Part shown: piece by piece, positions 1-12,945 of the stretch | Layout: every line of letters starts with the position of its first letter | How positions within the stretch are numbered: position 1 is the stretch's first letter | Assembly (NCBI GenBank): GCA_030324005.1 | Contig: JARDVH010000031.1 | Coordinates: forward strand, 40,349,203 to 40,413,202 | DNA length: 64,000 nt | Origin: Negaprion brevirostris | Lineage: Eukaryota | Reading direction: 5' to 3' | Made by a program: the position numbers and the translations under genes | Notes under the pieces: generated by a model | Seen by the model: only the letters and a program-made list of their open reading frames with translations | What the model was told of the DNA's origin: nothing | Databases searched by the model: none

Positions 1-2409
1 CTGCTTTTACTCTGTACCTAGACATACCCTAAGCCTTTCAGGGAAACTGAATGTAACAGCATCATTTCTCCCATGCAGTTATACAAATTGAGCAGAATGT
101 CAGGAAGAAAGTAAGTTGTGCACAATTGTTACTCGAATCCTGCTAGAATCCACGTAACCACTCCCTTTAGGCCCACAATGTGACCGTCTCATTTTCTATA
201 TAGACCGCATTCGAAACTAACATCCGCTCCCAACTATTCGCCAAACATTTAAGAAATAACACACAGCTACTTACGGAAGAGCCTCTTCCNNNNNNNNNNN
301 NNNNNNNNNNNNNNNNNNNNNNNNNNNNNNNNNNNNNNNNNNNNNNNNNNNNNNNACAATAAAGATAGAAATCAGTGGAATTACTTTCCGGTTCAAACTA
401 ATGTTAAAGTAACTGAAATATTTTTAACTTCGCAAGTTCAGGTAAGCGGTCTTCGTGACTATTTTCAAAGACAAAAATGCGACCGACAATATAATTTATG
501 CTACAGTTAGAACTGTATTTTTACGTGCAGCACTTTAAGCAAAAATTCGACCATTTATATACGGCGAATCATCATTAGTTTCATTTTACACTGTTTAAGC
601 ACAGGAAACCCATGTGATATCACATATTCTAGGCAAACAACAATTTCAATATTGGTTTTACATTGCTTTGGCCGTCTCTGACAATACAAATTTTCTCCTC
701 TCACGAGTTAATGTGACCATTCAGTGCACTTTTAAAATATATCTATATGCATAAAACGTCGATTTGTAATGATAAGCGACATTAATGAAAAGAAAGTCCT
801 CTGTGGGCTGATACCCACTCTCAAATACGTTCTCGAATATCTTGGCAGGTATTTTTTCTTGAGGTTGTGTTTACTATTCTTTTCAAATGCGGATTTTATT
901 GAACATTTAGAGCAGAGAGAAAAAAACTCGTGGTGTTACTCAGCCTCGTTAACTTCGAATAATTTCGAAATCTTTATTTTTTATTTCTTAAAAAGTTTAT
1001 CTCTTAAATTCTCCATTGAAGTTGGCTAAAGAGGGCAGGGCATACTGGAATTTTATTTTATAAAATAAATCCGAATTGTGTATGAATGTGCTGTTCACAT
1101 TTTCTGTTGTCAGTGTCAACAATCTTCCTCTGGACTCCTTGTGTAGAGCCTGCCCCTGTCATGTTTAGTATTTATTCATTTTCTTTTGCATTAATATGGC
1201 ATTTTGGTTCCTATTTCGCACTGTTTAAGATTTCATAGTTCCCCCATCCCTCCCCCCGAAACGTTGTCATACCATTCTACAAATTTCAGCAACATGAATG
1301 TAGCCCATAAGTAATATCAATGTGTAACTAAAAAAAAATTAATAGGGTTAATTCATTTCCTATTGCCTCACTATTTGCGGGACACAAAAGGACTGAAATG
1401 GGAATTCCGAACTAGTTCTCACCAACTGCAATGAGTGTTTTGACTCCGTTTATTGAAAAAAAGGATATTTTTCAGCAGATATTTGGAGAAAATGAAAATG
1501 CATTATGCAGCACATTGTTCGCCATTGTTCTATATTTCTATTCCAAATTGTTCGCAACTCTGAACAAATCCCTGATACCTATAACCGAACAAATTAGCTG
1601 AAAGTTATTATGCAATCTCAGCAAATTAATCCAGGTTGAGCAAGGAATGTGCTGGAAATGTTTGATTTTTCTTTAAACTTGCAGAATTATTCCTTGAATT
1701 AGGCCATATCTCCCAAAGTATTTTTCAATCAAACTCTCAAACTATACAGAAACAATTTATATCCTGCACATTGCTTAGTTCTCCGACCTCAATTTAAAAA
1801 AATCGATTTTCAACGTATGGAAGTGTTACATATTAGGGAGGGCTGTGCAGTAAATATCTTTCAGAGCTGGCTGAATAAAATGACTTATCCAACACACGTG
1901 ACCAAGCTGCACGAAAGCTTTTTTTTTAAAGCACCCTACTTACCCTAGGTTTATTTCTGAATTTTTCATTTCACTGTTTAAAAGCATTATGAGACACAAC
2001 ATTCTTCACGATTAAGCATTTGAAATTGTCGTTGGAAATTTAGTAGCATGTATAATTTATCATTTGTTTCGAATATTGCAATATCATTTTCATAACTGAA
2101 ATATATTATATATCTAAAACTGGTATCTGTTGAAACTGAACTCACGTCGTACTGTGCTTTCTACTTTTTGGCTGGCCAAGGAAATAGTGCATGCGCCCAG
2201 GAGGCCCGAATGACATCAGGTGTCACGGATTCACCAGCTCTGCAACCGATTAGAACGAACTTGCTGCTTTTCCAGCGTAAAGGGACTAGGACACTAGGAT
2301 ACTGCCAATACACAGCCGTGGAACAGGACAGCTTGCTTCTTGGTGTCACTTTCCACAGGCCCTATCAAAAACACTAACCCATCTGCACTTGTCTGCTCTT
2401 AACCTAATA

Positions 2410-2560
2410 TATGATGTGAATTATATTTTGGCTTGTCAACTCCCCTAACCATAAAACAAAGTTTAATGACATCACGTGCCCCTCTATAGCCAGTCAGGAA
2501 CCGGCTCTGTGGCGTCCATATAAATAACCCTTAAACTTTAAAACTTTTATTCACTAAAGA
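2410..2560 (-). promoter_or_regulatory. Motif-dense promoter-like CNE downstream of HoxD5
   Basis: CACGTG 2473-2478, N11, CCAGT 2490-2494; TTTATGG on the minus strand at 2449-2455; AT-rich TATA-like block near 2518-2526. Confidence 0.55.
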
Positions 2561-4023
2561 CAGTCATGTTCATCGAAATGTTCTCCCAGTAATATAAAGC
2601 TAAACATTTGAGTGCCAAGAGGAAACGTGGTTTGGACAATAAGTTGCCTTTACTTTAAAACGCAGTTTGGGCAGTTCTTAAGCAACCACTGGGATCTGTA
2701 AGATTTGGTAAGTGTAAATGCATTACATGTATACGTGAGCGATATCTTCTGCGCTAGAGTGAAATAGAAACTGGTCGATTGGGAAAGGAAGTAAGAAGCT
2801 TTTTCAACAATTACGGAGTCCTGTGACTTTGTTTCCCTATTTCTGTCGCTTCAACAGCTTTAGTCATAAGCGTTGGGTAAAAAAGTATTCTCAGTGCAGT
2901 TAAGCTGGTAAGTTATTCCATGCAGTGGAATCTAATACCAAGTTGTTCATAAGTTCTATAGCTCTTCCAATCAAGTCCCACCAATGGATGTATATTTGTT
3001 CAAATATTTATGTTAATATAGCAAACTCGTATTATTTTTTCATCAAGTAACAGGTTTTCAAACTATGCTTTGAAAATTACCGTGTCTGTAGTCTAAGTGC
3101 TGAGGTTTTTGAAGCCTGACTCATGTCCTTATTTTAATAAAGTTATTGGAATAAGTATAATCTCGGCCATCGGCTCTTACCAATAATAATATTTCTTTTT
3201 AAATTCAGAAAACGCTCAAAGACGGTTCAGCCCGAGGATCTTTTTTGCGCTCTGAAACATTGGGGCTAGCATTAGGTGAATCCGGTTGTCAAAGGAATTG
3301 ATGCAAAGTGAGAAAGTGAAATGGCGTTTGGTTCTTTCACAAGTCACCAATTGTCACAGTCTTTATACTCCCATTAGAGCAAAACAAAACGCCAGGTGAA
3401 ATGTTTATTGATAAATCTGAATTTATTTCAGTGTTGTAGGCAAAAAATCACTTCTTTCATATACATAGGACAAAGCCAGACACTTAAACGTTATATATGT
3501 ACAGAATATACATAACAAGATAGACTGGGACCACAGCAACACTCGTGCCATACACATTCCAAGGAATAATCAAACAAAAAACATCATTTTTATTGTAAAA
3601 AGAGGTGAAGAAACAATATTTATTTATGTTTATAAAACATTTTTAAATTAGAGTCTTAGCGAAGCTATATTCCGGTGTAGAATTTGTTTGTTCACCAGCC
3701 AGATATATAGTACAAGTCCATTCTGTTCTAAGACAAGTGGCTTGCTTGGCTACATTGCGTTTGTTGACCTCTGATTTACTCTCCTACAATCTAAATTTAG
3801 ACATGGATGTTAGCATCAACATACTAAAAGCATGATTCAACATATGTTGATGACAAACTGATAAATTGTATTCTCGCCTTTATAAATTGATAGCAAGACG
3901 TTGAACCCACTCGAGAACAACATCCCATTGAGGAACACTTAATGTGGCCAAGCAACCTCTCCTATTGCAACTTAAAAAAATCATCTGAATGGTCATCTTA
4001 TATAGCCAGTTGGATGGAAGAAG

Positions 4024-4275
<252 letters not shown>

Positions 4276-4636
4276 TTAAGAAAAAGTTAAAAGGTGCATT
4301 ACCACACGCATCAATGCAATGGAAATTATGAAGTTATACAATTTCAGACAAATACATCCATGCTTAATTCTTGAATAAAATCTTCAATTATTTGGATAGA
4401 TGTGTTAAAATAATTTATAAATGTTCACATTCAGGAGGTGTGATGTAAAGCATGGTGTAACCTCTGGCGTAATGGCTGTTATAATTAATATCAACAGTCT
4501 GATAATCCGATATGATTCAAATTGTCATATTTTGACACGTATCCTCAAATATTTAGCTCATGCTTGCTATTTTACTTCTCAACCTGAAAATCAATTCGAT
4601 CAAATTTAAAACGCGTCAAAAAGCCAAGTATCGTAC

Positions 4637-5144
4637 CTTGGTTAAGGTGCATCTTTTTCATCCATGGGTATATCTGCATCTGTAGGGCTGGATCCTTGTC
4701 CAGTTGCTCACTTTCCGGTTTGGGGCTGTCCGTCCCCTTAGGATGTCCATCGTTAACCGGCGAAGTGTCCTGGTCACCGCTGTATGAGTGATTGGACTCT
4801 GTGACAGTGGCCCCCGTCTTAATAGCACTGCCTGATGGGCTTATTAAAGATGCCGAGCAGAAGGCAGGATCAGGAGACTTCATTTTCATCCCAGATGAGC
4901 TATGAAAGGTGTTATTGGCTGTTTGCAGGTAGTTGGCAGACCTTTCACTGTCTCCACAAAGATTTGAGTTAGAGCGAGTCATGCTGAGGTCTATCCCGGT
5001 GTAATCATAGCCATACCTGGCAGACAGCATCGTCGACTCCCTAAAATGCTCGCCCACAGAAGCTGCATTTCCATAACTCTGCAATTGATAATCGTGGCCA
5101 TTTTGGTAGCGACCTGAGAAGGAGTTTAAAAAGTAGGAACTCAT
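4637..5144 (-). CDS. HOXD5: Homeobox protein Hox-D5, coding exon 1
   Basis: ATG at 5144 gives the PG5 N-terminus [21 protein letters not shown] and hexapeptide IYPWMKK. Donor G|GTACGA at 4636; 508 nt, phase 1. D-cluster assignment comes from the neighbours (8-13, no 6/7). Confidence 0.93.
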
Positions 5145-5284
5145 CTGCCTTTTAGGGGTTTGATTTGTGGTTCTTAGACGTTTATTCGCCACTAGACCGC
5201 GCGATATATAATGAAATATGGAAATAAAAGGCACATGTCATTTCTCTGCCTTCTACGTATACAACCAAATATGGGACACAAGTT

Positions 5285-5350
5285 TGGATCACGTGTTTTT
5301 GTTGACCAGTCGTAAATTCTTATGCCTGACCCTGGGGGTAATTCATGCAG
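5285..5350 (-). promoter_or_regulatory. HoxD5 proximal promoter module (E-box, CCAAT-like box, TTTACGAC Hox/Cdx site)
   Basis: CACGTG 5290-5295, 10-nt spacer, CCAGT 5306-5310 and GTCGTAAA 5309-5316, about 150 bp upstream of the ATG. Resembles PG5 promoters as I recall them. Confidence 0.7.
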
Positions 5351-5387
5351 TGAGAATACCGGCTGTGATTTAGCGAGCATGGTCCTA

Positions 5388-5403
5388 TAGCGCCTCCTGC
5401 TGG
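5388..5403 (-). promoter_or_regulatory. CTCF motif at the Hox5|6 position
   Basis: The minus strand reads CCAGCAGGAGGCGCTA, close to the CTCF core CCASYAGRKGGCRS. Confidence 0.7.
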
Positions 5404-7493
5404 CGAACATGAAGAAAGCCATGTTCACGTCAATAAAGCAAATCCAAAAGCGGCTTTAACGTTCACACGGCTTGTTAAATATTTTTCGAAACGGGTTAAT
5501 TTCTAAATGGGATCACAGTTTAAGCTATGATAATTTCTAAGTTTCGATGCTGCTTTCTGTTATCTAAAATTATGAATTATGCAGCTGGCGACACGTATAG
5601 GAACTCAATCGCAAAATGTTTCTTTCTGTAAATACATACATTCCGTTTCGTAATATCATTAAAGTGTATATTTTGTACAATACACGTGCAAATTAACTAG
5701 CCGAATTGGCATTTGTTGAAGAAAAGTACGAGCACTTAAAAACTTCAGAANNNNNNNNNNNNNNNNNNNNNNNNNNNNNNNNNNNNNNNNNNNNNNNNNN
5801 NNNNNNNNNNNNNNNNNNNNNNNNNNNNNNNNNNNNNNNNNNNNNNNNNNCAGGAAACAACCAACAGTTGCATTATCTACTTGTGAAGCTGAATAAATGT
5901 CTCTTGTCTCTGCTACACAAGAGGGAAAATTTCTTCTCTCTTTCCTCAATGAAGTAAGTAATTCGAAAGAAACCCAATTCAACTTATTTTGTGACACGGT
6001 TAACCCCTCTTTTTAAAATTCAGTTGAGTAAAAACACCGTTCCTTCGGATTAACTGCGCACTTGACCCCTTAGTTCGATGCTGCCTGTAAATAAATACTT
6101 TGATTCTCGGCGGACTGCCTCGTTGGAAATAGATAGTGCATACTCGGAGTAATTACCTCAGATAGCAGATATCCCATTTTGATTTTTAATCAAAGATTTG
6201 GGATTTTCAGATTCCCTTTTGTGTGCAAAATGAGGCCGTGGAGACTATTTTCTTAGAAAGAGAACTAATCAGACATACGACTCATAAGGCAGCTTCTCCA
6301 CATTCTTCGGGTCGCTAGGGCTCAGAATGATTGAAATGGATTGTATTCGTAGAAAACTGCGTTGAAATTATTTATACATTCAACTTCTATCTTCACAGAT
6401 GGTACATTGAAATCAGCTTTAGGATATTCCCCATTAACTTTCATGCGCACGTATGTGCTCCTTCTTTGGCGGAACCCTGTCCAATAAATTCGGAATTCCG
6501 CATAAACATGTGCTCTCTGTTTTCAAACTTTATTTATTAATGTCACGAGTAGGCTTACATTAACACTACAATGTTTACTGTGAAAATTCCCTCATCGGTA
6601 ACTTATATTTGAAAAAAATTACAAAGTAACTTTGTATTTTACTCTGTGGCTGGTTGGGTCGACGTTGCCACCAGTCCTGACAGACATACTGAGAAGCTAA
6701 GCGGAGTGTCTGACTTCTACTCTATTTTTATTTTCACCTCNNNNNNNNNNNNNNNNNNNNNNNNNNNNNNNNNNNNNNNNNNNNNNNNNNNNNNNNNNNN
6801 NNNNNNNNNNNNNNNNNNNNNNNNNNNNNNNNNNNNNNNNAACCAAACTAATCAACGGCAGCAGACGAGGCTGATACCATCCTCAACCAACATCCAAAAT
6901 TGTGAAAATCGGGATGCAATGTATGTCACAGGAGCCAACATTTGCATATTAAGAAGGGAGCTGACTGGTAGGTGGCCAATGCAGTAGTGGACGCTTTGAA
7001 AATGACAGCTCCCCAATCTTCGGTGTAAGTGAGGAGTTAAGTCTCCTGAATCCCATTTCAAATTTGTATCAGAGGAAGCATCATTGTATTTGTTCATCAG
7101 GGGACCTCTCTTCAACATCAAGTGAAATTTAGAATGCTGACAAGATGTCTCCAAGATAATGGAGAAGCTCTGAGGGCACAGTCCCAATGTCACATTATGG
7201 ACAAGACTCCTATTCATCCAACACTGGAATACAATGAACTGGGTGCCAATGATGATATTTGGGCTGTTTTTGATGATAGCTGCTGCCAGTTAGCCCATCC
7301 TCATGCCATGTCTGATACCTAGTAATTCTGTATCCTGTGAATTAGTGCCACACAGCTTTGGGGTTGACATCACAAGACCAGATCCTGTACCTTTGCCACA
7401 TGTACTCATGTCTGACACAATGATTAATCACATGAATGCCCTTGCATGATGAGACATCAGGCTGTGAGAGGACACACACACACGCATACTCGA

Positions 7494-7584
7494 AGGGCAA
7501 TTTACCATGGCCAATCCACCTAACTTAACATTTTTGGATTGTGGAAGGAAACCAGAGCACCTGGCGAAAACCCACATAGACACA
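7494..7584 (-). mobile_element. HE1/V-SINE fragment
   Basis: Minus strand reads TGTGGGTTTTCGCCAGGTGCTCTGGTTTCCTTCCACAATCCAAAAATGTTAAGTTAGGTGGATTGGCCATGGTAAATTGCCC, matching the V-SINE central domain as I recall it. Confidence 0.8.
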
Positions 7585-9424
7585 TAACTATCCTATATAC
7601 CTCTGAAAGGTCGTCTTTCATCTGTGCAGAGTACTATGCTGAGCTCATTAAAAATATTTATTTAGAAAGATGGCCTTCGGCAAATATTTGCGCATTCGGG
7701 AAAGGAATGTTACATTTGCAGTTTTGATCTCTACAGTGGTAGTTACATTTTAAACACATGGAGCCAGCTTGAGCCGGCCAGAAATGCAAGAAATTTACAG
7801 AGCAGTAAATGGATTTTTTGAAATTAAGATTTGTCTCCCCCCTCCCCGGTTTGATTAATAGGCGGCGCATGAATGCTAGACCGCGATCCAGAAAGGCATC
7901 GTTAACGAGAGTTAGTGATGTCAAATACCGACTGTATTAATATGGACTGAAGACCTTGCCAAAAGTTCGTCGAGGATCGCAGTAATATTTAAACAGGTGG
8001 ATTGCATCTAAATATTTACATTTGTTTGTCTGTTGATTTTCATTGATGTAAAAAGAATGTTCCTTTCATCACTTTAATATATAATAGGAACCCCGGGTTA
8101 CGTGGCCACACCATGCTACGCACGAATATTTCTCATACAAAACAATATTTAATTATTACGCTCTGGCAATTTTTTTTTAACATATTTTCCTGCCGTGGAG
8201 TGCTAGGGGAATTTTTGGTGCTGGTCTTCCCGACCTCTGTCACCAGAGGTTTTAAGAATAGGAGGATAAACTGTTACAAAATAATTCAAGTCTGAGCAGA
8301 TTCCAAATAAAATCGGTTGCAGTCAAGAACTGTGTACTCAGGGCCCACGTTAGGAGCACACGAGGTATAACTACTGCCTGGAACTGTATGAACCCGGAGT
8401 AACTGGGATAGCTTCAGCCTTACAGTTTCAGTGTAGAATCGCATAGGCCTCGACCGAAAGATTTCTGATTCTAGATGCATAATGTGTTCCAACTTACAGC
8501 TGCGCTGAGTTCAGCTTAAGTACAAGAAAATGTAATATTTTAACAAGCACATTTGAGATAAAATGCCATTCTATAGGTCTGGTTTTATTTTTGCTTTGTG
8601 TGGTGCGGTTTGTGTGGCCTCTCTTATAATTTTGATGTCAGAACTTGGTTTCTACACTGTCCAAGTGACTCTGTCCGATGCTCGTAAATCTAACATGACA
8701 GTCGGTGGAAGAAATATTGTCTTTGTCCTGTATTAACAAATCAGGCTGCTCTTACTGAACATTCGATCGAATACTGTAGTTTCTAGAGCTGACTTTGGCG
8801 ATTTAAAAATACAAGTATTTTGCCGGGCCACTGCGCATTTATGTCCTTGAAATTTTTGCGATAGGATGGCTAGGATTCAAATATTTTACTCTTATTCGGG
8901 GACAGATCGTGGATCGTATTCGCACTGTGAAATGAAGAAATCGGTGCGTGCATCACATACCAATCATTTTTCTGTGTGTTTTCACTTTACAGCGCGTTCT
9001 GCCTTGTAATAAATACTTGAGAAGACTATGGTCTGGAATTTCGTTTGTTTGATAACCCTGCGAAGAGCGAACTGTTTCTGGGATTCCAACGGATTATTCC
9101 CGTTAAAATCTAGATTAAATCTTTGGTGGAGTTTTTGTATGAGGATTTGTTTATATTTATAAATTGATGTTATAAAGATTAGCAAAAAGTGCATTTCTTA
9201 AGCACTGAACGTTGGCCGTGTTCTGATTACATTCTGTAATGTATGTTCAGTTGAAAAATTGTTTTCATTAAATAAATAATATTATATTTTCATATTATTC
9301 TATTGAAATTGGAAATTATATTTGAGCATTATCGGTGTAGAAGACACACTGTGAGCAAAATCGTCCAGGTTACATGTTCTAAATAGACCGCTAGATACTG
9401 ACTGTAAATCAATTTATTCACAAA

Positions 9425-10332
9425 TAGGCACACATACATATATACACACGTGCATACTTACACATACAGATGCATATACACATAAGGACACATATATACA
9501 TACAGAGAAACGCACGTGCATACTTGCACATATAGGCGCACATACACACATAATTTCACATACAGGCGCACATACTCATACAGACACTCACGCATATATT
9601 TACACATATAGGTACACATACACATACATACAGATACATACACACAATTTCACATACAGGCACACATACTCATACAGATAAACACGCATATATTTACACA
9701 TCTAGGCACACATACACATACGTACAGACTCATACACACAATTTCACATTCAGGCACACGTACATAGACACACACACATACAGGCACACATACAAATACA
9801 GACAGATACACACATACTTACATACTTACAGGCACGTCTACAGGCACGCATACACATACCGACAGACACAGACAGCCACATAAGCACGCTCACAGCAGAC
9901 ACATATATGCAACAGACACATATATAGACACACACATATGCATACATTCACACACATGCAGACATCCTGACATATATATACATACAGGCAAACATGTAAG
10001 CAGATATATACACACATATACATGCAGCCAAACATACACATAAATACACACATACAGACACAGATATACAAACAGATAAACACTAATGCACACATGCATA
10101 AAACACACATATATATACAGGCACACATGCATACAGACACACACATGCTTATACAAAAACACACACACAAGAACATACATACATGCAATCAAACATACAC
10201 ACACATAAATGCACAAATATGCAAACACACATAAACATACACATATACAGCCACACATAGACATACACACATTAACATACAGAAATACAAACATATACAT
10301 GTACACAGACATGAACGTACACATATACACAT
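9425..10332. repeat. Degenerate (CA/TA)-rich microsatellite with an internal 94-bp higher-order repeat
   Basis: About 900 bp of CACATA/CATA/CACA units; AATTTCACAT recurs at 9552, 9646 and 9740. Confidence 0.92.
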
Positions 10333-12439
10333 GGTGGTGTTCTTGCTGAATATTTTAGCACCTTTAGCAAAATTATTGGCTACGTGATATTGAAGAGCAT
10401 GTATTAAATAATTAGATCTTAAAAGTTGTAACTGTCACTTAAGTGGTAAACACGCCCATCTAATTTATTTATAATAATGTTTTCTGTTCATTCTTTTGTA
10501 TGACTATATTAAATGATGTATTGTCAAGACAAAAAATGAAAATCACAAATCGGTCTTTGCACGTATTTTGAAAATCTCAGAATATAGGAATCGCATAAGC
10601 CCAGGTATGCAGTTGGAGTTTATTGAAAACGAAACCTAATCAGATAGTCATTTTGATTAGTAAATCCTGCAGAAGAACCGTTGTCTTCGCCATGAACACA
10701 CAGAAATGAACATGGGCAATGCTTTGAGAATTATACGAAAACATACTATAAACACAATCGCTATCAATTGTTGCGTGAGAATTGGGGTAAAAGTTAAACT
10801 GTTTTCTCAGTAGGACAACCGACACCAGCTTGCCCAACCTAATATACTTCGGGTATGAATACATTTCTGTTTGTAGATCTGGTCTAAAAAATACACAAGT
10901 AATATCGGAACAGTTACAATGTTATAAATAATAACATGATAGAATTGCAAATGTTACGATATCTCTATACATTGATTTAATTCTCGTAACACTTTACGAT
11001 CTAATTTTAAGCAGTCCCTGTGTCACTTCGACAAAATGCCAGTTAGTCTATGCGATGACTGCAGGCGAATACAGATCAGCCATTTTAAAACATTTCTTTC
11101 ATTTGCAAATGAATTTCAGATGCTAAAAATGAATCAACATCATCATAACCATATGCCTCACAGATGATCAAACGAATGCATTGCCATTTTTACTTATTAC
11201 CAATAAAAAAATCTAGATACTGGAAGATCGAATTCACAGTCATGTGACAGATACGACAATTTCAAATGGATGCAATTCCAAGCTCCCTTATCTCACTCTG
11301 ATGCTGAGTTACAAAAATCCTAAACAACTCTCTTGGAATATTTCATCACCGGAAATGCATACAAACAAATATTTTGAAAAAAATGATAACAATAAACAAT
11401 TATTGATGAATTGATTTCTTGCTAACAAGCGATCATTCCTGCAGCAATTTGTGACAGCTTAATAGGAACAAGGAGAGCCGGTGTTTTTCCAGTGACCGTT
11501 ATGCTTTGCATCGTGAGAGCACTTACGACGTAATTGTTTCTACTGAATTAAAAACACTCCAAGTTTGCAGGGCTTAGTATTTATATATAGATATAAAATA
11601 TGTGATCCAATTTGGGCACAACTCATTGCAGTAAATAAATCATCAGATGGGTGGGCTGATATTATTTGAAACTTTTGCATTAAAAGGAAGTTAAAATAGC
11701 AACTGAATCATGACTAGCACATTGAAACCACAGTGTGATATTGACTGCAGGGTCATTATTGTAAGAGTACCACTCATTTGTGCAAAGTTCTGTCACGTGG
11801 TGGTCATCATTACAATGTTGGCCAAACATTACTCCTAAATTCGGATCGTTTCTGTGATTACTGTACGGGATTATTCGGATCATTAACACAAGGTGCATCA
11901 TTCATCCCTACAATCAATCCTCAGCGTAAAAGAGCCCAACTAGTGCCCTAGTCCGTAAGATACTAAATGCGGAAAAACACACATTGGCAAAAGAGGAACC
12001 CAGACGCCAATCGCCAGCAATTGATCGGATATCGCTCGCGCAAAATAGCAACAACAATTCCTATGTAATAACAATAATCATTATCCCATGAGTATACTAT
12101 GCAATCTGATTAATCTCCGCCCTGGATCATATGAGCAAATGTCAGCTGCTTTGTGGCGAAGCTTTCATATCAAAGGTAGACGCGAATCGCAATTCCCCGT
12201 CCTAGCGCGGAATATAAATATTTAATTCACCTGCGTTACAGCCAGCCTTTGAATTGAAATGACCTCCCGGACCCGGTTCCAATATAACGTTTACAAATCT
12301 GTCTTGTTCATACATGTCGAACGCTCTTCGACCTCCCAAACAGTTGCCTGCAACTCGACCAACGAAACAAACGCCCTTCCCTCCTCTGTACAGCAGTGTT
12401 ATCTGCAACAGCAGAGCGTAAGCAAAACACAGCACTTAC

Positions 12440-12819
12440 CCGGCTCAGGGCGCTTCCCCAGAATAGTAACCAGCTGAATGTTGTATTCCATTTCTACTTT
12501 TTCGATCAATAACGGGNNNNNNNNNNACTTAAAATAAATGAGTGAAGCGAAAACTGAAGGGTAAATGAAAGACTGTAAACAGACGTCAGAGGTCTGTGAG
12601 AGTGATCAGGTTGCTAAATCCCAGCATGGGTCGAATGACTTCCTCATAGTTTTACAGGAAAAGGCTGAAATGCGCGAATACAGCGGAAAGTGTCCTTTTT
12701 TGCTAGCAGCTAGCGTCAAATACCAACGACAAAAGCAGGCAAGGGGAGATACTGACAGAAAAGACGATTTGAGACGAGTTAGCTGCGGAATGCAGTGAAA
12801 TATTCACAAGGGAAATCAT
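12440..12819 (-). pseudogene. Candidate decayed HoxD6 exon-1 relic
   Basis: TTG ACG CTA GCT GCT AGC AAA AAA GGA CAC TTT CCG CTG TAT TCG (LTLAASKKGHFPLYS) resembles HoxB6 VTLASGQESFLGQLPLYS. A strong G|GTAAGT donor lies at 12439, downstream of the orphan promoter. No intact ORF. Confidence 0.35.
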
Positions 12820-12844
12820 GAAAAGGCCATGAACGCTGTTACTA

Positions 12845-12945
12845 GATTCACATGACCAGTGGCAGCCAATAGGAAAAGAGTCTCCGTCGTAAAAGGTCCA
12901 TTACAAAGTTGTAAATTTTCTTCAAACAAAAAGGAATTCGCAGCA
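12845..12945 (-). promoter_or_regulatory. Orphan Hox-type promoter/CNE (probable H8/7-6 four-cluster sequence)
   Basis: Minus strand reads AATTTACAACTTTGTAATGGACCTTTTACGAC...ATTGG-N11-CATGTG. Lies between the PG8 and PG5 genes with no intact gene downstream. The name is assigned from memory, not by alignment. Confidence 0.6.

Noticed and set aside
3765-3781. Possible DR5 RARE (GAGTAA-atcag-AGGTCA) in the HoxD5 3'UTR, and TGTTCA-tcgaaa-TGTTCT near 2567
   Set aside because: One half-site is too degenerate in the first and the spacing is wrong in the second; cannot be supported without an alignment.
1-4000. mir-10 precursor between Hox5 and Hox4
   Set aside because: No match to TACCCTGTAGA seen on either strand; probably outside the window.
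9458-10330. Cys/Val/Met/Tyr- or His/Thr-rich ORFs
   Set aside because: Translations of the microsatellite.
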